Origin: Polyangia bacterium
Lineage (GTDB): Bacteria > Myxococcota_A > Polyangia > JAAYKL01
Assembly: GCA_050287845.1 (NCBI GenBank)
Contig: JBNKCR010000082.1
Span: 1-56,109 of the forward strand
Length of the DNA: 56,109 bases
Reading direction: 5' to 3'
Of the stretch, positions 39,994-50,371 are shown in pieces. Each line of letters starts with the position of its first letter. The first letter of the stretch is position 1. The position numbers and the translations under genes were made by a program. The notes under the pieces were generated by a model. That model was not told the DNA's origin. It made no database searches and saw only the letters and a list, made by a program, of their open reading frames with translations.

Positions 39994-41313
39994 ATGCATA
40001 ATCGAACAGGAATACTGATTACACTGATGACAATACTATCCGTTTCCACCGGATGTGGTGGCGAATCGTCGTCGTCAGAAGGCGCCAGCGGCGCACCAGG
40101 TGCTTCTGCGAGTGCCGCTGTGGAAAAGGATGGGGAAGGGAACGCACCGAAATCCGCCCCCGATGCAGAAGGGGATGGTTTTAAGGGAAAACCGGGCAGA
40201 ACCCTGCTGGTGACCCAGTCCAATTTTGCCAGAAATGACGAGGGCAAGTATGTGACACCGGATTCCGGAGAACTCATTTTGCTTTCGCCGGATAAAAATA
40301 TGTGGAAAGCGGAAAGCATCCGGGAGACGGAATCCAACGTTTTTCACAAAGCGCTGCAATACGATAAGGACAGTATCTTTACCATCGGCGCCGAAGAGGC
40401 ACTGCTGAAGCTGTGGCAAAAACAGAACGGCGAGTGGAAATCCACCACGATCTGGCACCCGACGTTTGGGGGCAAATATAACCGCCTGCGGGACTTTGAA
40501 AAAGCGGATTTCGATAAGGACGGCCGGGATGACCTGGCCATTGCCACCCACGATCAGGGCGTAGTGGCGGTGGCGTTCAATCGCGGTGACAAATGGGAAG
40601 TGAAGGAGATTGACAGGAAACCCGATACATTTGTGCACGAGATTGAGATTGGCGACCTTGACAGAGATGGCAATCTGGAGATTTACGCCACACCGTCCGA
40701 CCCGAATACCGCTACCGGAGTGAAGCAGGGGGGCGCGGTGGTTCGATATGAATGGGCGGATGGTAAGTTTGAAAAAACGGTGGTTGCTCACTATGACACC
40801 CGTCACATCAAGGAAGTGCTGGTTGCCGATGTGGATAGCGATGGCACCCAGGAACTCTATGCGGCGCTGGAAGCGGAAATGGGCGAAAAGTTTTCCATCA
40901 GGACCCCCGTGGAGATTGTTCGATTCGATTTGGTGGATGGCAAATTCGTACCCCAGAAAGTGATATCCATTCAGGACCGCTTCTGTCGGTTTCTCACCGC
41001 GGGGGATGTGGATGGTGATGGAAAGACAGAGCTGATTGCCTCCGCGTTTTCGGCCGGTATCTGGGTGATAGATTTGGAAGGGGGAGCGTACCGGGGGAAT
41101 TGCATCGACAGTAAATCCGGCGGATTTGAGCATGCGACCTATGTGGCCGACATGGATGACAATGGAAAACCGGAACTGTATGTGGCCGACGATAACGCAG
41201 GAGCCCTCCGTCAGTACATTTACACCGATGGCCATTGGGCGACAAAAGTGATACACAAACGGCTGAACCCCAAAGCGGCCATGGTGTGGAATATCACTGT
41301 CGCTGACTTCTGA
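39994..41313 (+). CDS. FG-GAP/VCBS repeat lipoprotein
   Basis: GGAGG RBS; lipobox STGC; five DxDxDG..(E/D)(L/I) repeats. Confidence 0.82.
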   Translation: MHNRTGILITLMTILSVSTGCGGESSSSEGASGAPGASASAAVEKDGEGNAPKSAPDAEGDGFKGKPGRTLLVTQSNFARNDEGKYVTPDSGELILLSPDKNMWKAESIRETESNVFHKALQYDKDSIFTIGAEEALLKLWQKQNGEWKSTTIWHPTFGGKYNRLRDFEKADFDKDGRDDLAIATHDQGVVAVAFNRGDKWEVKEIDRKPDTFVHEIEIGDLDRDGNLEIYATPSDPNTATGVKQGGAVVRYEWADGKFEKTVVAHYDTRHIKEVLVADVDSDGTQELYAALEAEMGEKFSIRTPVEIVRFDLVDGKFVPQKVISIQDRFCRFLTAGDVDGDGKTELIASAFSAGIWVIDLEGGAYRGNCIDSKSGGFEHATYVADMDDNGKPELYVADDNAGALRQYIYTDGHWATKVIHKRLNPKAAMVWNITVADF

Positions 41314-41341
41314 ATTCCATTTTCCGCTTCGTAGCACCTGA

Positions 41342-41371
41342 GATTCACCGCACAGATACGCAGGTTCGCCG
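41342..41371 (+). promoter_or_regulatory. Candidate LytTR binding direct repeat
   Basis: GATTCACCG-N12-GGTTCGCCG, 21-bp period. Confidence 0.55.
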
Positions 41372-41476
41372 ATGGGCTGCAAAGGATGGCCGATGGAGAC
41401 GTGCGGCCGCGATGCGACTGGATTATGTTTGCATTGTCAGCGGGGAAAATCCCGCTTCTTTGGAAGGAGAGAGACA

Positions 41477-42250
41477 ATGCACTACCAACGTTCGTGTTCA
41501 CATAACAGATATCACAAATTTAACAGGGACACCCATTTTCGGAGAAAACGCTGCGATGACAGAAGAGGGGGCGCGGGGTTTGCGGTCCTTCTTATCGGCA
41601 CAGGCGTTCTGTTTCTGCTAAACCATCTGGATATGCTCGGCGGCTATCGGGTGGTACAGTTCTGGCCGCTGCTTCTGGCATGGCCCGCCATCTCCTGTCT
41701 GGTTCGCGCCCGGAGCTGGTATGGTCGCGTGTTTGCCCTGATACTCTTTCTTTTTGCCGACCTTGCGCTGGCCAATAGTCTGGCCCTTTTTGCGGTTCCA
41801 TGGGGCGTGATATGGCCCATTGCCGTGGTGGTCGCCGGCGCGTTGATGATGGCCTATGTGGTGTTGTCTCCAACTCGAACCCGGAAATTTGAGGTGCCTG
41901 AACAATTTGAAGGGAATGAGGATATTCTTCAAACCCGGATCGTGTGTGGTGGGAATGAAGAAGATTTTGGTACTGGTGTATTTCGTGGCGGGGTTGTGGA
42001 TATTTTCATGGGAGGATATGAACTCGATTTACGTGCGGCCCAGATGGAAGCGGATTCTGTGGAACTGTTTGTGAAGCTGAAGCTGGCGGGGGTAAAAATT
42101 CGCGTTCCGCAGGAGTGGAAAGTCACCATCGACGGTGAAACGTTTATGGGGGAAATCGAGGACAATACATCGAGGCCAACGGAAGAATCGACAAAGGAAC
42201 TGAAAATTCGGGCATTGGTTCGGCAGGGGGCGCTGGAAATTGAAAATTGA
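41477..42250 (+). CDS. LiaF-like membrane protein (DUF5668/DUF2154 type)
   Basis: Four TM helices with WP motifs; C-terminal MGG.ELDLR..VP.EW.V beta domain. Confidence 0.8.
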   Translation: MHYQRSCSHNRYHKFNRDTHFRRKRCDDRRGGAGFAVLLIGTGVLFLLNHLDMLGGYRVVQFWPLLLAWPAISCLVRARSWYGRVFALILFLFADLALANSLALFAVPWGVIWPIAVVVAGALMMAYVVLSPTRTRKFEVPEQFEGNEDILQTRIVCGGNEEDFGTGVFRGGVVDIFMGGYELDLRAAQMEADSVELFVKLKLAGVKIRVPQEWKVTIDGETFMGEIEDNTSRPTEESTKELKIRALVRQGALEIEN

Positions 42251-42252
42251 GT

Positions 42253-42282
42253 CATTCGCCGGTAAAAAGCGTTCATTTACCG
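42253..42282 (+). promoter_or_regulatory. Candidate LytTR binding direct repeat
   Basis: CATTCGCCG-N12-CATTTACCG, 21-bp period. Confidence 0.6.
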
Positions 42283-42340
42283 AAACTGGACGGGTGAAGG
42301 GGAATTTTCATATAAGAGTTGAAATGGATGGAGAGTGAGT

Positions 42341-43087
42341 ATGACTGAAAAAATAACAAGCTGTTCGCGGGACAGATGCGGATCAAAAAAAGGGGGGGGC
42401 CTTTTCATGGGGGGAGCCATGATGCTTTTCGGCGGTGCGTTCCTGCTGGAGCAGCTGGGGTACCTGGGGGGGATTTCGGCGTGGCAGCTGTGGCCGGTGG
42501 TGCTGGTTTGGGGAGGATTGCTTCGATTGTTCGGACAGGCACGGTGCGGTGGCAATTTCACGTGTGCGCTGATTCTTCTGGCAATGGGCGGTGGTATTCT
42601 GGCAAATAATTTTGGGATTATTGATCTGAAGTGGTCGGTCATCTGGCCGGCGCTGCTGATTCTGTTTGGTATTCTCATCTTTATCGCGACTATCCGTACC
42701 CCGAGACGACGAAAATCACCCAGAGGCGCGGATGAAGTGATTGTGGACAATACCTTTGACTCCAGTCTGGTGATGGGCGGCAGAGAAGACGAAATTCATT
42801 CGAAAGAATTTGAAAACGCCAGCATCTCGGTCATTATGGGGGGATTGGAACTGGATATGCGCAATGCGGAGATTAAGGGGGATGAGGCCACGTTGAACAT
42901 GCGGGTGATTATGGGCGGCGTGGAACTCTGGGTGCCGGAGCATTGGGAAGTGATGTCGCGGGTGTCGCCGGTGATGGGCGGCGTTGAAAATAAAATGCGA
43001 CGCAGAGTGGTTTCCGATGAATCTCCGGCGAAACGTTTGATAATTGATGGAAATATCGTAATGGGCGGTGTTGAAATCCAGAACTGA
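42341..43087 (+). CDS. LiaF-like membrane protein (paralogue of upstream gene)
   Basis: LWP/IWP TM helices; repeated VMGG/IMGG; ELDMRNA; VPEHWEV. Confidence 0.82.
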   Translation: MTEKITSCSRDRCGSKKGGGLFMGGAMMLFGGAFLLEQLGYLGGISAWQLWPVVLVWGGLLRLFGQARCGGNFTCALILLAMGGGILANNFGIIDLKWSVIWPALLILFGILIFIATIRTPRRRKSPRGADEVIVDNTFDSSLVMGGREDEIHSKEFENASISVIMGGLELDMRNAEIKGDEATLNMRVIMGGVELWVPEHWEVMSRVSPVMGGVENKMRRRVVSDESPAKRLIIDGNIVMGGVEIQN

Positions 43088-43104
43088 GTTCTCGGGAAGC
43101 GCCC

Positions 43105-44154
43105 ATGGAAGCACTTTTTCGAAATAAGGCCACGCTGGGTTTTTTTATTGCCTGGATTCCCTTGACCGTACTGGTGGGGGTTCTGCTTCATGTGCGTGGT
43201 CTCGATTGGCTGCAATCCGTTATCCTATCGGTATGTTTCGGGATTCCCATTTCCATCGCGTCCGCAAGTTCTCAGTACATGTGTCGGGTATTGCCCCTGC
43301 GTCGCTCCAGACTGACTCAGGTGATTCCAGCGCTCATCGGGGCCTGCATCGTGGTGGCCGGTGGATGGACCGCGATCTTTTACGGTGTATGCCGTACAGC
43401 AGAATGCATTCCGCTGGAAAAGCTGAATGAAATTGCGTTGTTTCTGTTCATGATGGGCGATGCCTATTTTGCGTTCTCGCTGATTATGCACTATCTCATC
43501 ATCGCTGTGGCGCAGACCCGGGAAGCCGAAAAAAGCGCGGACGAAGCCAGGGTGTTGGGGCGGGAAGCGGAACTGCGGGCGCTGAGAGCCCAGGTGAATC
43601 CGCACTTTCTGTTCAACAGCCTGAATTCCGTCGCTGCCCTGGTATCCATTGACGCGGACAAGGCTCGGGAAATGGTGTTGCTGCTCAGTGATTTTTTTCG
43701 CAGTACCCTGGCGTTCGGAAAGCAGGAATCCGTCACGCTGGGAGAAGAGCTGGTGCTGGTGGACAAATACCTGCAAATCGAAGCGGTGCGCTTTGGGGAC
43801 AGAATGACCATTGAGAATTACATTGAGCCCGAATCCCATTCATTGCGATTGCCGCCACTGCTGTTGCAGCCTCTTTTTGAAAACGCGGTGAAACACGGCG
43901 TGTCTGCCAGCCTGGAGACGGTTACCATCCGAACATCTGTGGTGTGTATTGACAATGGCGTTCAAATCATGATTTCAAATGAATATGACGAGCATGCCGC
44001 GCCCCGCCGCGGGACCCGGACCGGACTGTCCACCACCCGGGAACGGGTGAAACGATTTTTTGGCGATGGCGCGAGTATTGTCGCCAGCCGCGAAAACAGC
44101 ATCTTTACCGTGTCGCTGACATTGCCACGACCATCGGAGGGGAAGCACACATGA
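43105..44154 (+). CDS. LytS/YehU-family sensor histidine kinase
   Basis: ELRALRAQVNPHFLFNSLN, LQPLFENAVKHG, N-terminal TM helices. Confidence 0.93.
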   Translation: MEALFRNKATLGFFIAWIPLTVLVGVLLHVRGLDWLQSVILSVCFGIPISIASASSQYMCRVLPLRRSRLTQVIPALIGACIVVAGGWTAIFYGVCRTAECIPLEKLNEIALFLFMMGDAYFAFSLIMHYLIIAVAQTREAEKSADEARVLGREAELRALRAQVNPHFLFNSLNSVAALVSIDADKAREMVLLLSDFFRSTLAFGKQESVTLGEELVLVDKYLQIEAVRFGDRMTIENYIEPESHSLRLPPLLLQPLFENAVKHGVSASLETVTIRTSVVCIDNGVQIMISNEYDEHAAPRRGTRTGLSTTRERVKRFFGDGASIVASRENSIFTVSLTLPRPSEGKHT

Positions 44155-44900
44155 ATCAGGGACCAATCAATGCCATTGTAGTGGATGATGAACAGCTGGC
44201 CAGGCAGTTTCTCAGGGAGATGCTTGCCGGACATCCGGAAGTCAATGTGGTTGCGGAGTGTAAAAACGGGTTTGAAGCGGTGAAGGCGGTATCGGAACAC
44301 AATCCCGATCTCATATTTCTGGACATTCAGATGCCGAAACTGGATGGATTCGAAGTGCTGGAACTCATTGACCGCCAGGATATCGCGGTGGTTTTTGCCA
44401 CTGCATACGATCAGTATGCCCTGAAGGCGTTCGATTCCCATGCGGTGGATTATCTGTTGAAGCCGTACTCCGGAGAGCGTCTGGCGAAGGCCATTGAAAA
44501 GGTGATGAAAAACAGGGGGACGTTGTTGCCCGAGATGTCTGAGCTTCGGGCGAATGAAAGTGGCGCGTCGGAATATCTGAGCCGGATTGTTGTAAAGGAT
44601 GGCAGTAAAATTGATGTCATTCCGGTAGACAATGTGTCGTATATACTTGCAGAAGATGACTATGTGAACATTCACCATGGCAACCAGAGTGTGCTGAAAC
44701 ACCAGACCCTTTCCAGCATCGCAAAAAGCCTTGATCCTCATCGATTTGTCCGCATCCACCGATCCTCCATCGTGAATATGGATTATATGGAGCGAATTGA
44801 GTTGCTGGCCCGGGACAAGTATATTGCGGTACTGAAAGATCGAACGGAGTTGCGGATTTCCCGAAGCGGTCACCAACGCCTCAAGGAAGTGATTCGCTGA
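44151..44900 (+). CDS. LytTR-family response regulator
   Basis: VDDE, FLDIQMP, TAYDQYA, DYLLKP, FVRIHRSSIVN. Confidence 0.95.
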   Translation: MNQGPINAIVVDDEQLARQFLREMLAGHPEVNVVAECKNGFEAVKAVSEHNPDLIFLDIQMPKLDGFEVLELIDRQDIAVVFATAYDQYALKAFDSHAVDYLLKPYSGERLAKAIEKVMKNRGTLLPEMSELRANESGASEYLSRIVVKDGSKIDVIPVDNVSYILAEDDYVNIHHGNQSVLKHQTLSSIAKSLDPHRFVRIHRSSIVNMDYMERIELLARDKYIAVLKDRTELRISRSGHQRLKEVIR

Positions 44901-45205
44901 CATCCGGTGTCGCCGGAAATGTCTTCCCCACCGAGTGTTCAACTTTTCAGAACTGAGCTGAATTGCGCTTTTACTGCGGTATTCCCGATTGAAAACGACG
45001 ATTCCAACGTTATTGGCGTGATCTTTTTTTCGAATTTGTTAAACAAGCCAATTAAATTCGAAAAAAACAATGACTACTGTATCGAATATGTAAAGGTGTT
45101 TTTTTTCGATAAAAGTGAAAAAATTGAACCTTTTCAAGTATCAGATTGAAAATTGGTTTAGCGGTGCTCTTTTTTCAGTGGAGCGGTCCACCGAAAGGAA
45201 ATGAT

Positions 45206-48200
45206 ATGAGAAAGCAGTTTTTGTGTTTGGGGCTGATCGCGTCTCTCATTGCCCTGGGGTGCAATGATCACGGTCTGAAAGTGGAAGTGGAGGGTGAAGG
45301 GGACGACAGTCTCTGGACGCCGGGGACCACTTCGGAGTCTGATACCGGATTGGGTACCGGGCAGGATACGGGAACCCATACTGATGACAATGATACTGCT
45401 ACGGATACCGTAATTGATACGGGTACCTGGACGGCAGTGTGTGGCAACGGCATTCTCGAACCGGGCGAGTTCTGCGATGATGGCAATGTGCGTGATTCAG
45501 ATGGCTGTTATTCAGACTGTGCCAATCAGGATCCGGCATATGACTGCTCCGAACCCGGTCAGGACTGCGTGTTGACTTCGGAATGCGGAAACGGGGTTCT
45601 CGAAAGTCTTGAGAACTGTGATGAAGGCGAAGGAAACCAGACGGCCGGATGCTCGGCGGACTGCAAAGTTGTGACCCAGGGGTGGAGTTGCCCGAAACCC
45701 GGCGAGTCCTGTGTGCTGGAGCCGGTGTGCGGCGATGGCATCCGGTCAAAAGGCGAACAGTGCGACGACGGGAATCTCAACGACAATGATGGCTGCTCTT
45801 CCGAATGTGCCCAGGACGAGAACTATTTTTGCATTCCGGGAAAAGACTGCATCCTGCTGAGTTGTGGAAATGGCGTCCGTACGCCTGATGAAGCGTGCGA
45901 TGACGGGAATGTGGCGGCAGGAGATGGATGCAGTCCCACCTGTACGGTGGAAGCCGGATATCGATGTTCCACATCGGGATGTCGCGCCATCTGCGGGGAC
46001 GGTCTGGTTCTGGGGGAGGAGGAGTGTGACGATGAAAACCGGGAAAGTGGTGATGGCTGCAACGTACTGTGCAGAGAGGAACCGTATTTCGAGTGTGACA
46101 CAGAGTCTCCCAGCACGTGCGTCACGACCATTGCGTGTGGCAATGGGACGGTAGATCCCGGGGAAGTGTGCGATTTCGCCAAAGCGGGACACGAGCTTTG
46201 CTACGATAGCGGTGCGACGGCATGCAAGGGTTACGAGAATGACCTGGTGGATGAGCCGGTTTGCGGCAATGGCATCATTGAGTTCATGGAAGATTGCGAC
46301 GGCGACGGTGGTAAGGGCGGATGTACTGATTTATGTGAGCTCGAGGACGGCTATGCGTGTCCGGTCGCAGGGTACTGCTACTGGATTCCGGTTTGTGGCG
46401 ATAGCATTGTGCAGTCCGGAGAAACATGTGACGTTGGGGCGGCAACGTCCCTCGCCTGTGATGAGTGTCAGGTGCAGGATGGCTGGTATTGTTCCGGGTC
46501 ACCCTCTGTATGTGTGGCGTCGGTATGTCAGGATGGAGAACGGGCACCGGATGAACAGTGTGATGATGGCAACAATAACAACGGTGATGGGTGCAGTACG
46601 GTATGCGAAGTGGAAACCGGCTGGATATGCCCACCGGGCATCGACTGCATCACCGATTGCGGCAATGGAAATCTGGATGGGTACGAGGAGTGTGATGACA
46701 ATAATGACGTGGACAATGATGGATGCACCAACTGCAAGACGGATCCCGGCTACGACTGTGGCGTGGATGGCGACAACTGCCAGCTTTCGGTTTGTGGAAA
46801 TAATATTGAGGAGCAGGGAGAGGGATGCGACGACGGAAACCGAATTGCAGGAGATGGTTGCGGACCGACCTGTCAGCTGGAGCCCACGGTCACCGTTGGA
46901 CCTGAGCCCAAAGTGGCGGTGGTGTGCGGTGATGGATTGAAAACCAGCGGCGAGCAGTGTGATGATGGAAACATAGATAATGGTGACGGTTGCGATGAAA
47001 ATTGCGACAGGGAAGATGGGTGGAAGTGTGTGGATACCATTGAATATCCGAGCAGCATGGCGTTCAAGATTACATATCGGGATTTTATGCAGCGCTCACG
47101 GAATGGCGGGCATCCCCATATGAAGAATCCAGACCAGAACATCCCCTATTGGGTTGACGGCACTGCGGATGTCGGGATTGTCGGGGATGTGTGCACCACC
47201 ACCAATGGAACCACGTGCGCGAGACTGGATACCCAGGGAAAACCGACGCTGGATCCAACTGCCAGGAACGTTGGTATTTACGGTCAGAATGTGGCGTCCA
47301 ACCCGCCGGACGCGACCGCGGTGGAATACAATGAAGCAGCCTTTAAACTGTGGTACCGGAATGCCAATACCACAGTGCAGGATGTGAATAACAGTGGACT
47401 GGTCCAGGTGGATGTGAACCCGGATACCATACCGGCTGGCGGGGACACCCTGCTGCTTACGAGACAGGGGATAACCTCTGCGTATGTATTTGAAAGCTCC
47501 GGCAATCTGTTTTACCCCCTCGGCACCACCAGAACCAACAATCCGGTGGCGATGCGCGGATTTGGCTGCACCCTGAATAGCAGTGATTCGGCTTGTGGTA
47601 CGTGGGACGGGGAGCAACGCAATTTCCATTTTACCAGTGAATTGCGGTATTTCTTCCAGTATCAGGGGGGCGAAACCCTTACGTTCTTTGGCGATGACGA
47701 TGTGTGGGTGTTCATCAACGGCCGGTTGGCGGTGGATATCGGCGGAATTCATTCTCAATTGTGGGGACGAGTGGTGCTTGGGGATGATGGCGCCGGCGGA
47801 AGCGCCACGGAAAACAGTTGCTCCGTACACGGCGTGACTGCGGAACCTGCGGCATGTACTCTGGAAGATGAGGAAACCTACGAAACCGGGGGCGATACCA
47901 CCGATGCCCGTTTCGCGCTGCAGCGGGGTGAGGTATATGAAATCGTGATTTTCCAGGCGGAGCGACATCCGTCCGCATCCAACTATCGGTTGACCCTGGA
48001 TGGCTTCATTGCCCCGAGATCGTATTGCTATACCACCTGTGGCGATGGCATTGTGGCGGGGAATGAGCTGTGTGATGCCGGTGATGACAATGTCAATGGC
48101 CAGTACGGTGTGTGCAATGATTCCTGCGAATTCACCTATTGCGGCGATGGCACGCAGCAGGATCCGCCCGAAGCCTGTGACAATGGTCTGAATGTGGATC

Positions 48201-49354
48201 CGCCGTGGGCGGCCAGCGAAACGGCTGCCAACGCCAGCTGCACGGGATGCGAACGCCCGGGCTATTGTGGTGATGGGATACTCCAGTCCGCGAATGAGGC
48301 TTGTGACGACGGCGTCAACGATGACAGTTATGGCGGCTGCGCACCGGATTGTCAGTCTCTGGGCGGATACTGTGGGGATGGCACGACGGATAGCGATGTT
48401 GAAGAGTGTGATCCGGGCCCGGATGGCCAGTTTGTGGTGTACCAGGCGGATGGAAATGGCTGCGGCTACGACTGTCAACCGGCGCCATTCTGCGGCGACC
48501 TTATCCGCAACGGTCCGGAGCAGTGTGATGGCTCGCCGGGATGCGGACTGGATTGTCAATTCACGCAGAGATGTGGAGACGGCCTGTTGGCGGTTGACGG
48601 CAGTGAAGAATGTGACTTTGGGGACTTCGCATACGATCCGGCGGTGGAAGAAGTGTATGGCGGGTGCAGCGACGAATGTGACCTGGGACCATACTGTGGC
48701 GATGGGGATGTCTTTACCGGAATAGAGGAGTGTGACAACGGGGCGGACAATGCGGACAGCGTCTATAACGGTTGCACCCAATCGTGTACCCTGGGACCCC
48801 GCTGCGGAGATGGTGTGCTCCAGGATGTTCAGGGTGAAGTTTGCGACAATGGATACAACGAAGACGTTTACCGGTACGTGGATGACGCCTGCGGCCCCGG
48901 CTGCACCGCTGTGCCGTACTGCGGCGATGGCGTCATTCAGGAGGATTTTGAGTGGTGCGATAACGGCGCTGACAATGGGGACAACATTTACAACGGCTGT
49001 ACCAGTACCTGCCAGTGGGGGCCGTATTGCGGCGACGGGGAAGTTCAGTCCGAATACGAAGCCTGCGACCTGGGATCCAAAAACGCCACCTACTCAGCAA
49101 CGTCCGGCGGGTGCGGATACGACTGCCAGCCGGCACCGTATTGCGGCGACGGCATTCGCAATGGTGTGGAGCAGTGTGACAACGGAACCGAAGGAAACCT
49201 CGGCGGTTACGGGGGATGTAATCCCAATTGCACCAGGGGACCACTCTGCGGTGACTACGTGGTAAATAGCGAGTACGGTGAAGAGTGCGACATGGGCCCC
49301 ATTGGCAGTCTGGTCTGCACCGTGGACTGCAAAGATCGCCCGCTGGTTGAATAG
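45206..49354 (+). CDS. Giant Cys-rich repeat (DUF4215/myxococcal type) lipoprotein with central fibro-slime/PA14-like domain
   Basis: Lipobox ALGC; about 24 CG(N/D)G..E.CD repeats; NFHFTSELRYFF..GDDDVWVFING.LAVDIGGIH..FQAERH. Confidence 0.92.
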   Translation: MRKQFLCLGLIASLIALGCNDHGLKVEVEGEGDDSLWTPGTTSESDTGLGTGQDTGTHTDDNDTATDTVIDTGTWTAVCGNGILEPGEFCDDGNVRDSDGCYSDCANQDPAYDCSEPGQDCVLTSECGNGVLESLENCDEGEGNQTAGCSADCKVVTQGWSCPKPGESCVLEPVCGDGIRSKGEQCDDGNLNDNDGCSSECAQDENYFCIPGKDCILLSCGNGVRTPDEACDDGNVAAGDGCSPTCTVEAGYRCSTSGCRAICGDGLVLGEEECDDENRESGDGCNVLCREEPYFECDTESPSTCVTTIACGNGTVDPGEVCDFAKAGHELCYDSGATACKGYENDLVDEPVCGNGIIEFMEDCDGDGGKGGCTDLCELEDGYACPVAGYCYWIPVCGDSIVQSGETCDVGAATSLACDECQVQDGWYCSGSPSVCVASVCQDGERAPDEQCDDGNNNNGDGCSTVCEVETGWICPPGIDCITDCGNGNLDGYEECDDNNDVDNDGCTNCKTDPGYDCGVDGDNCQLSVCGNNIEEQGEGCDDGNRIAGDGCGPTCQLEPTVTVGPEPKVAVVCGDGLKTSGEQCDDGNIDNGDGCDENCDREDGWKCVDTIEYPSSMAFKITYRDFMQRSRNGGHPHMKNPDQNIPYWVDGTADVGIVGDVCTTTNGTTCARLDTQGKPTLDPTARNVGIYGQNVASNPPDATAVEYNEAAFKLWYRNANTTVQDVNNSGLVQVDVNPDTIPAGGDTLLLTRQGITSAYVFESSGNLFYPLGTTRTNNPVAMRGFGCTLNSSDSACGTWDGEQRNFHFTSELRYFFQYQGGETLTFFGDDDVWVFINGRLAVDIGGIHSQLWGRVVLGDDGAGGSATENSCSVHGVTAEPAACTLEDEETYETGGDTTDARFALQRGEVYEIVIFQAERHPSASNYRLTLDGFIAPRSYCYTTCGDGIVAGNELCDAGDDNVNGQYGVCNDSCEFTYCGDGTQQDPPEACDNGLNVDPPWAASETAANASCTGCERPGYCGDGILQSANEACDDGVNDDSYGGCAPDCQSLGGYCGDGTTDSDVEECDPGPDGQFVVYQADGNGCGYDCQPAPFCGDLIRNGPEQCDGSPGCGLDCQFTQRCGDGLLAVDGSEECDFGDFAYDPAVEEVYGGCSDECDLGPYCGDGDVFTGIEECDNGADNADSVYNGCTQSCTLGPRCGDGVLQDVQGEVCDNGYNEDVYRYVDDACGPGCTAVPYCGDGVIQEDFEWCDNGADNGDNIYNGCTSTCQWGPYCGDGEVQSEYEACDLGSKNATYSATSGGCGYDCQPAPYCGDGIRNGVEQCDNGTEGNLGGYGGCNPNCTRGPLCGDYVVNSEYGEECDMGPIGSLVCTVDCKDRPLVE

Positions 49355-49379
49355 CGCGTCAGTGCACGCCTCCTTTCGA

Positions 49380-50261
49380 TTATAATCCCCTTAAAAATTC
49401 CGGACGCAAAGAGTGAAGATTGTTCAGCGCAGCATCAATCTGTGCAAGCATCCGCTGCTTTCCCTTCTGGAAAGTGCCTTCCACCGCCAGATAATTCGAT
49501 GCATGGTTGGCGCGGAAGATGATTTTGTCCGAAGAAACAGCCTGCACCAGATAACGCAGCTCGGTAAGGGTCTCTTCGGGCTTGAGCATCCGCCAGCTGT
49601 CCGGCCATTGGCGGCGATACGTTTTTTCGCCGAACGGGAGCATCAGGGTCAACGCCGATGCGAAACGGGGCTGTACTCTGTCGATGAGGCGGGCGGTGTT
49701 TTCAGAAACCCGTTGCATATGCTGCGGTCCGGCAAGCCCCAGGATGACGGTGGCAGACAGTTTGAGCCCTGCTTCGTTCGGCTTTTCCATGAGTGTTGCC
49801 ATCTCATCCGCGGTGAATCCCTTTCTGATATTGCGCAGGGTATCATTGTCTCCGGATTCGAAGCCCACGTATGCAAGGGTGAGTCCGTTTTCTTTCAGTC
49901 TGAGTAAATCCGGTACCGTTTTTGAAACAAAATTACCCGGGGATGCATATACAGCGATTTTATGCACTTTGGGCATTTTTTTACGAATATATACCAATAA
50001 ACGAACTAAATCGTTGGTGGGAATCGCCAGCGCGTCGCCGTCGCCAAGGAATACTTTTCGCAGTTCCGGCGCCTGCCCGGCAATCCAGTCGATTTCCTTT
50101 TTCATCTCTTCAAAACTTCGTATTCTGAATTTTTTCTGTTTATAGGTCACGCAGAACGTACACTGATTATGACTACACCCAATGGTGGTCTGCAGAATGA
50201 GAGAATCGGCTTCTGCAGGTGGACGGATTACAGGTTCATCGTAGTATATCAAAGATATCAC
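49380..50261 (-). CDS. Radical SAM protein of unknown function
   Basis: RPPAEA..LQTTIGCSHNQCTFC; FLGDGDAL; GFESG; FRANHASNY. Confidence 0.9.
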   Translation of the reverse strand: MISLIYYDEPVIRPPAEADSLILQTTIGCSHNQCTFCVTYKQKKFRIRSFEEMKKEIDWIAGQAPELRKVFLGDGDALAIPTNDLVRLLVYIRKKMPKVHKIAVYASPGNFVSKTVPDLLRLKENGLTLAYVGFESGDNDTLRNIRKGFTADEMATLMEKPNEAGLKLSATVILGLAGPQHMQRVSENTARLIDRVQPRFASALTLMLPFGEKTYRRQWPDSWRMLKPEETLTELRYLVQAVSSDKIIFRANHASNYLAVEGTFQKGKQRMLAQIDAALNNLHSLRPEFLRGL

Positions 50262-50371
50262 AATCCTTTTAAAAAAGTTTGAATTCGAGTAACGTTGGAA
50301 TCACACCATATGTTACTGTTTTGCAACGTACACTGGAACGCGTTCCAGTAGAAGCCCGTTTGGAGGCAAAA

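Noticed and set aside
40075..41382. 435 aa antisense ORF
   Set aside because: It is antisense to the FG-GAP lipoprotein.
43962..44942. 326 aa minus-strand ORF
   Set aside because: It is antisense to the LytTR regulator.
47096..48781. 561 aa antisense ORF
   Set aside because: It is antisense to the well-supported fibro-slime protein and has no motifs.
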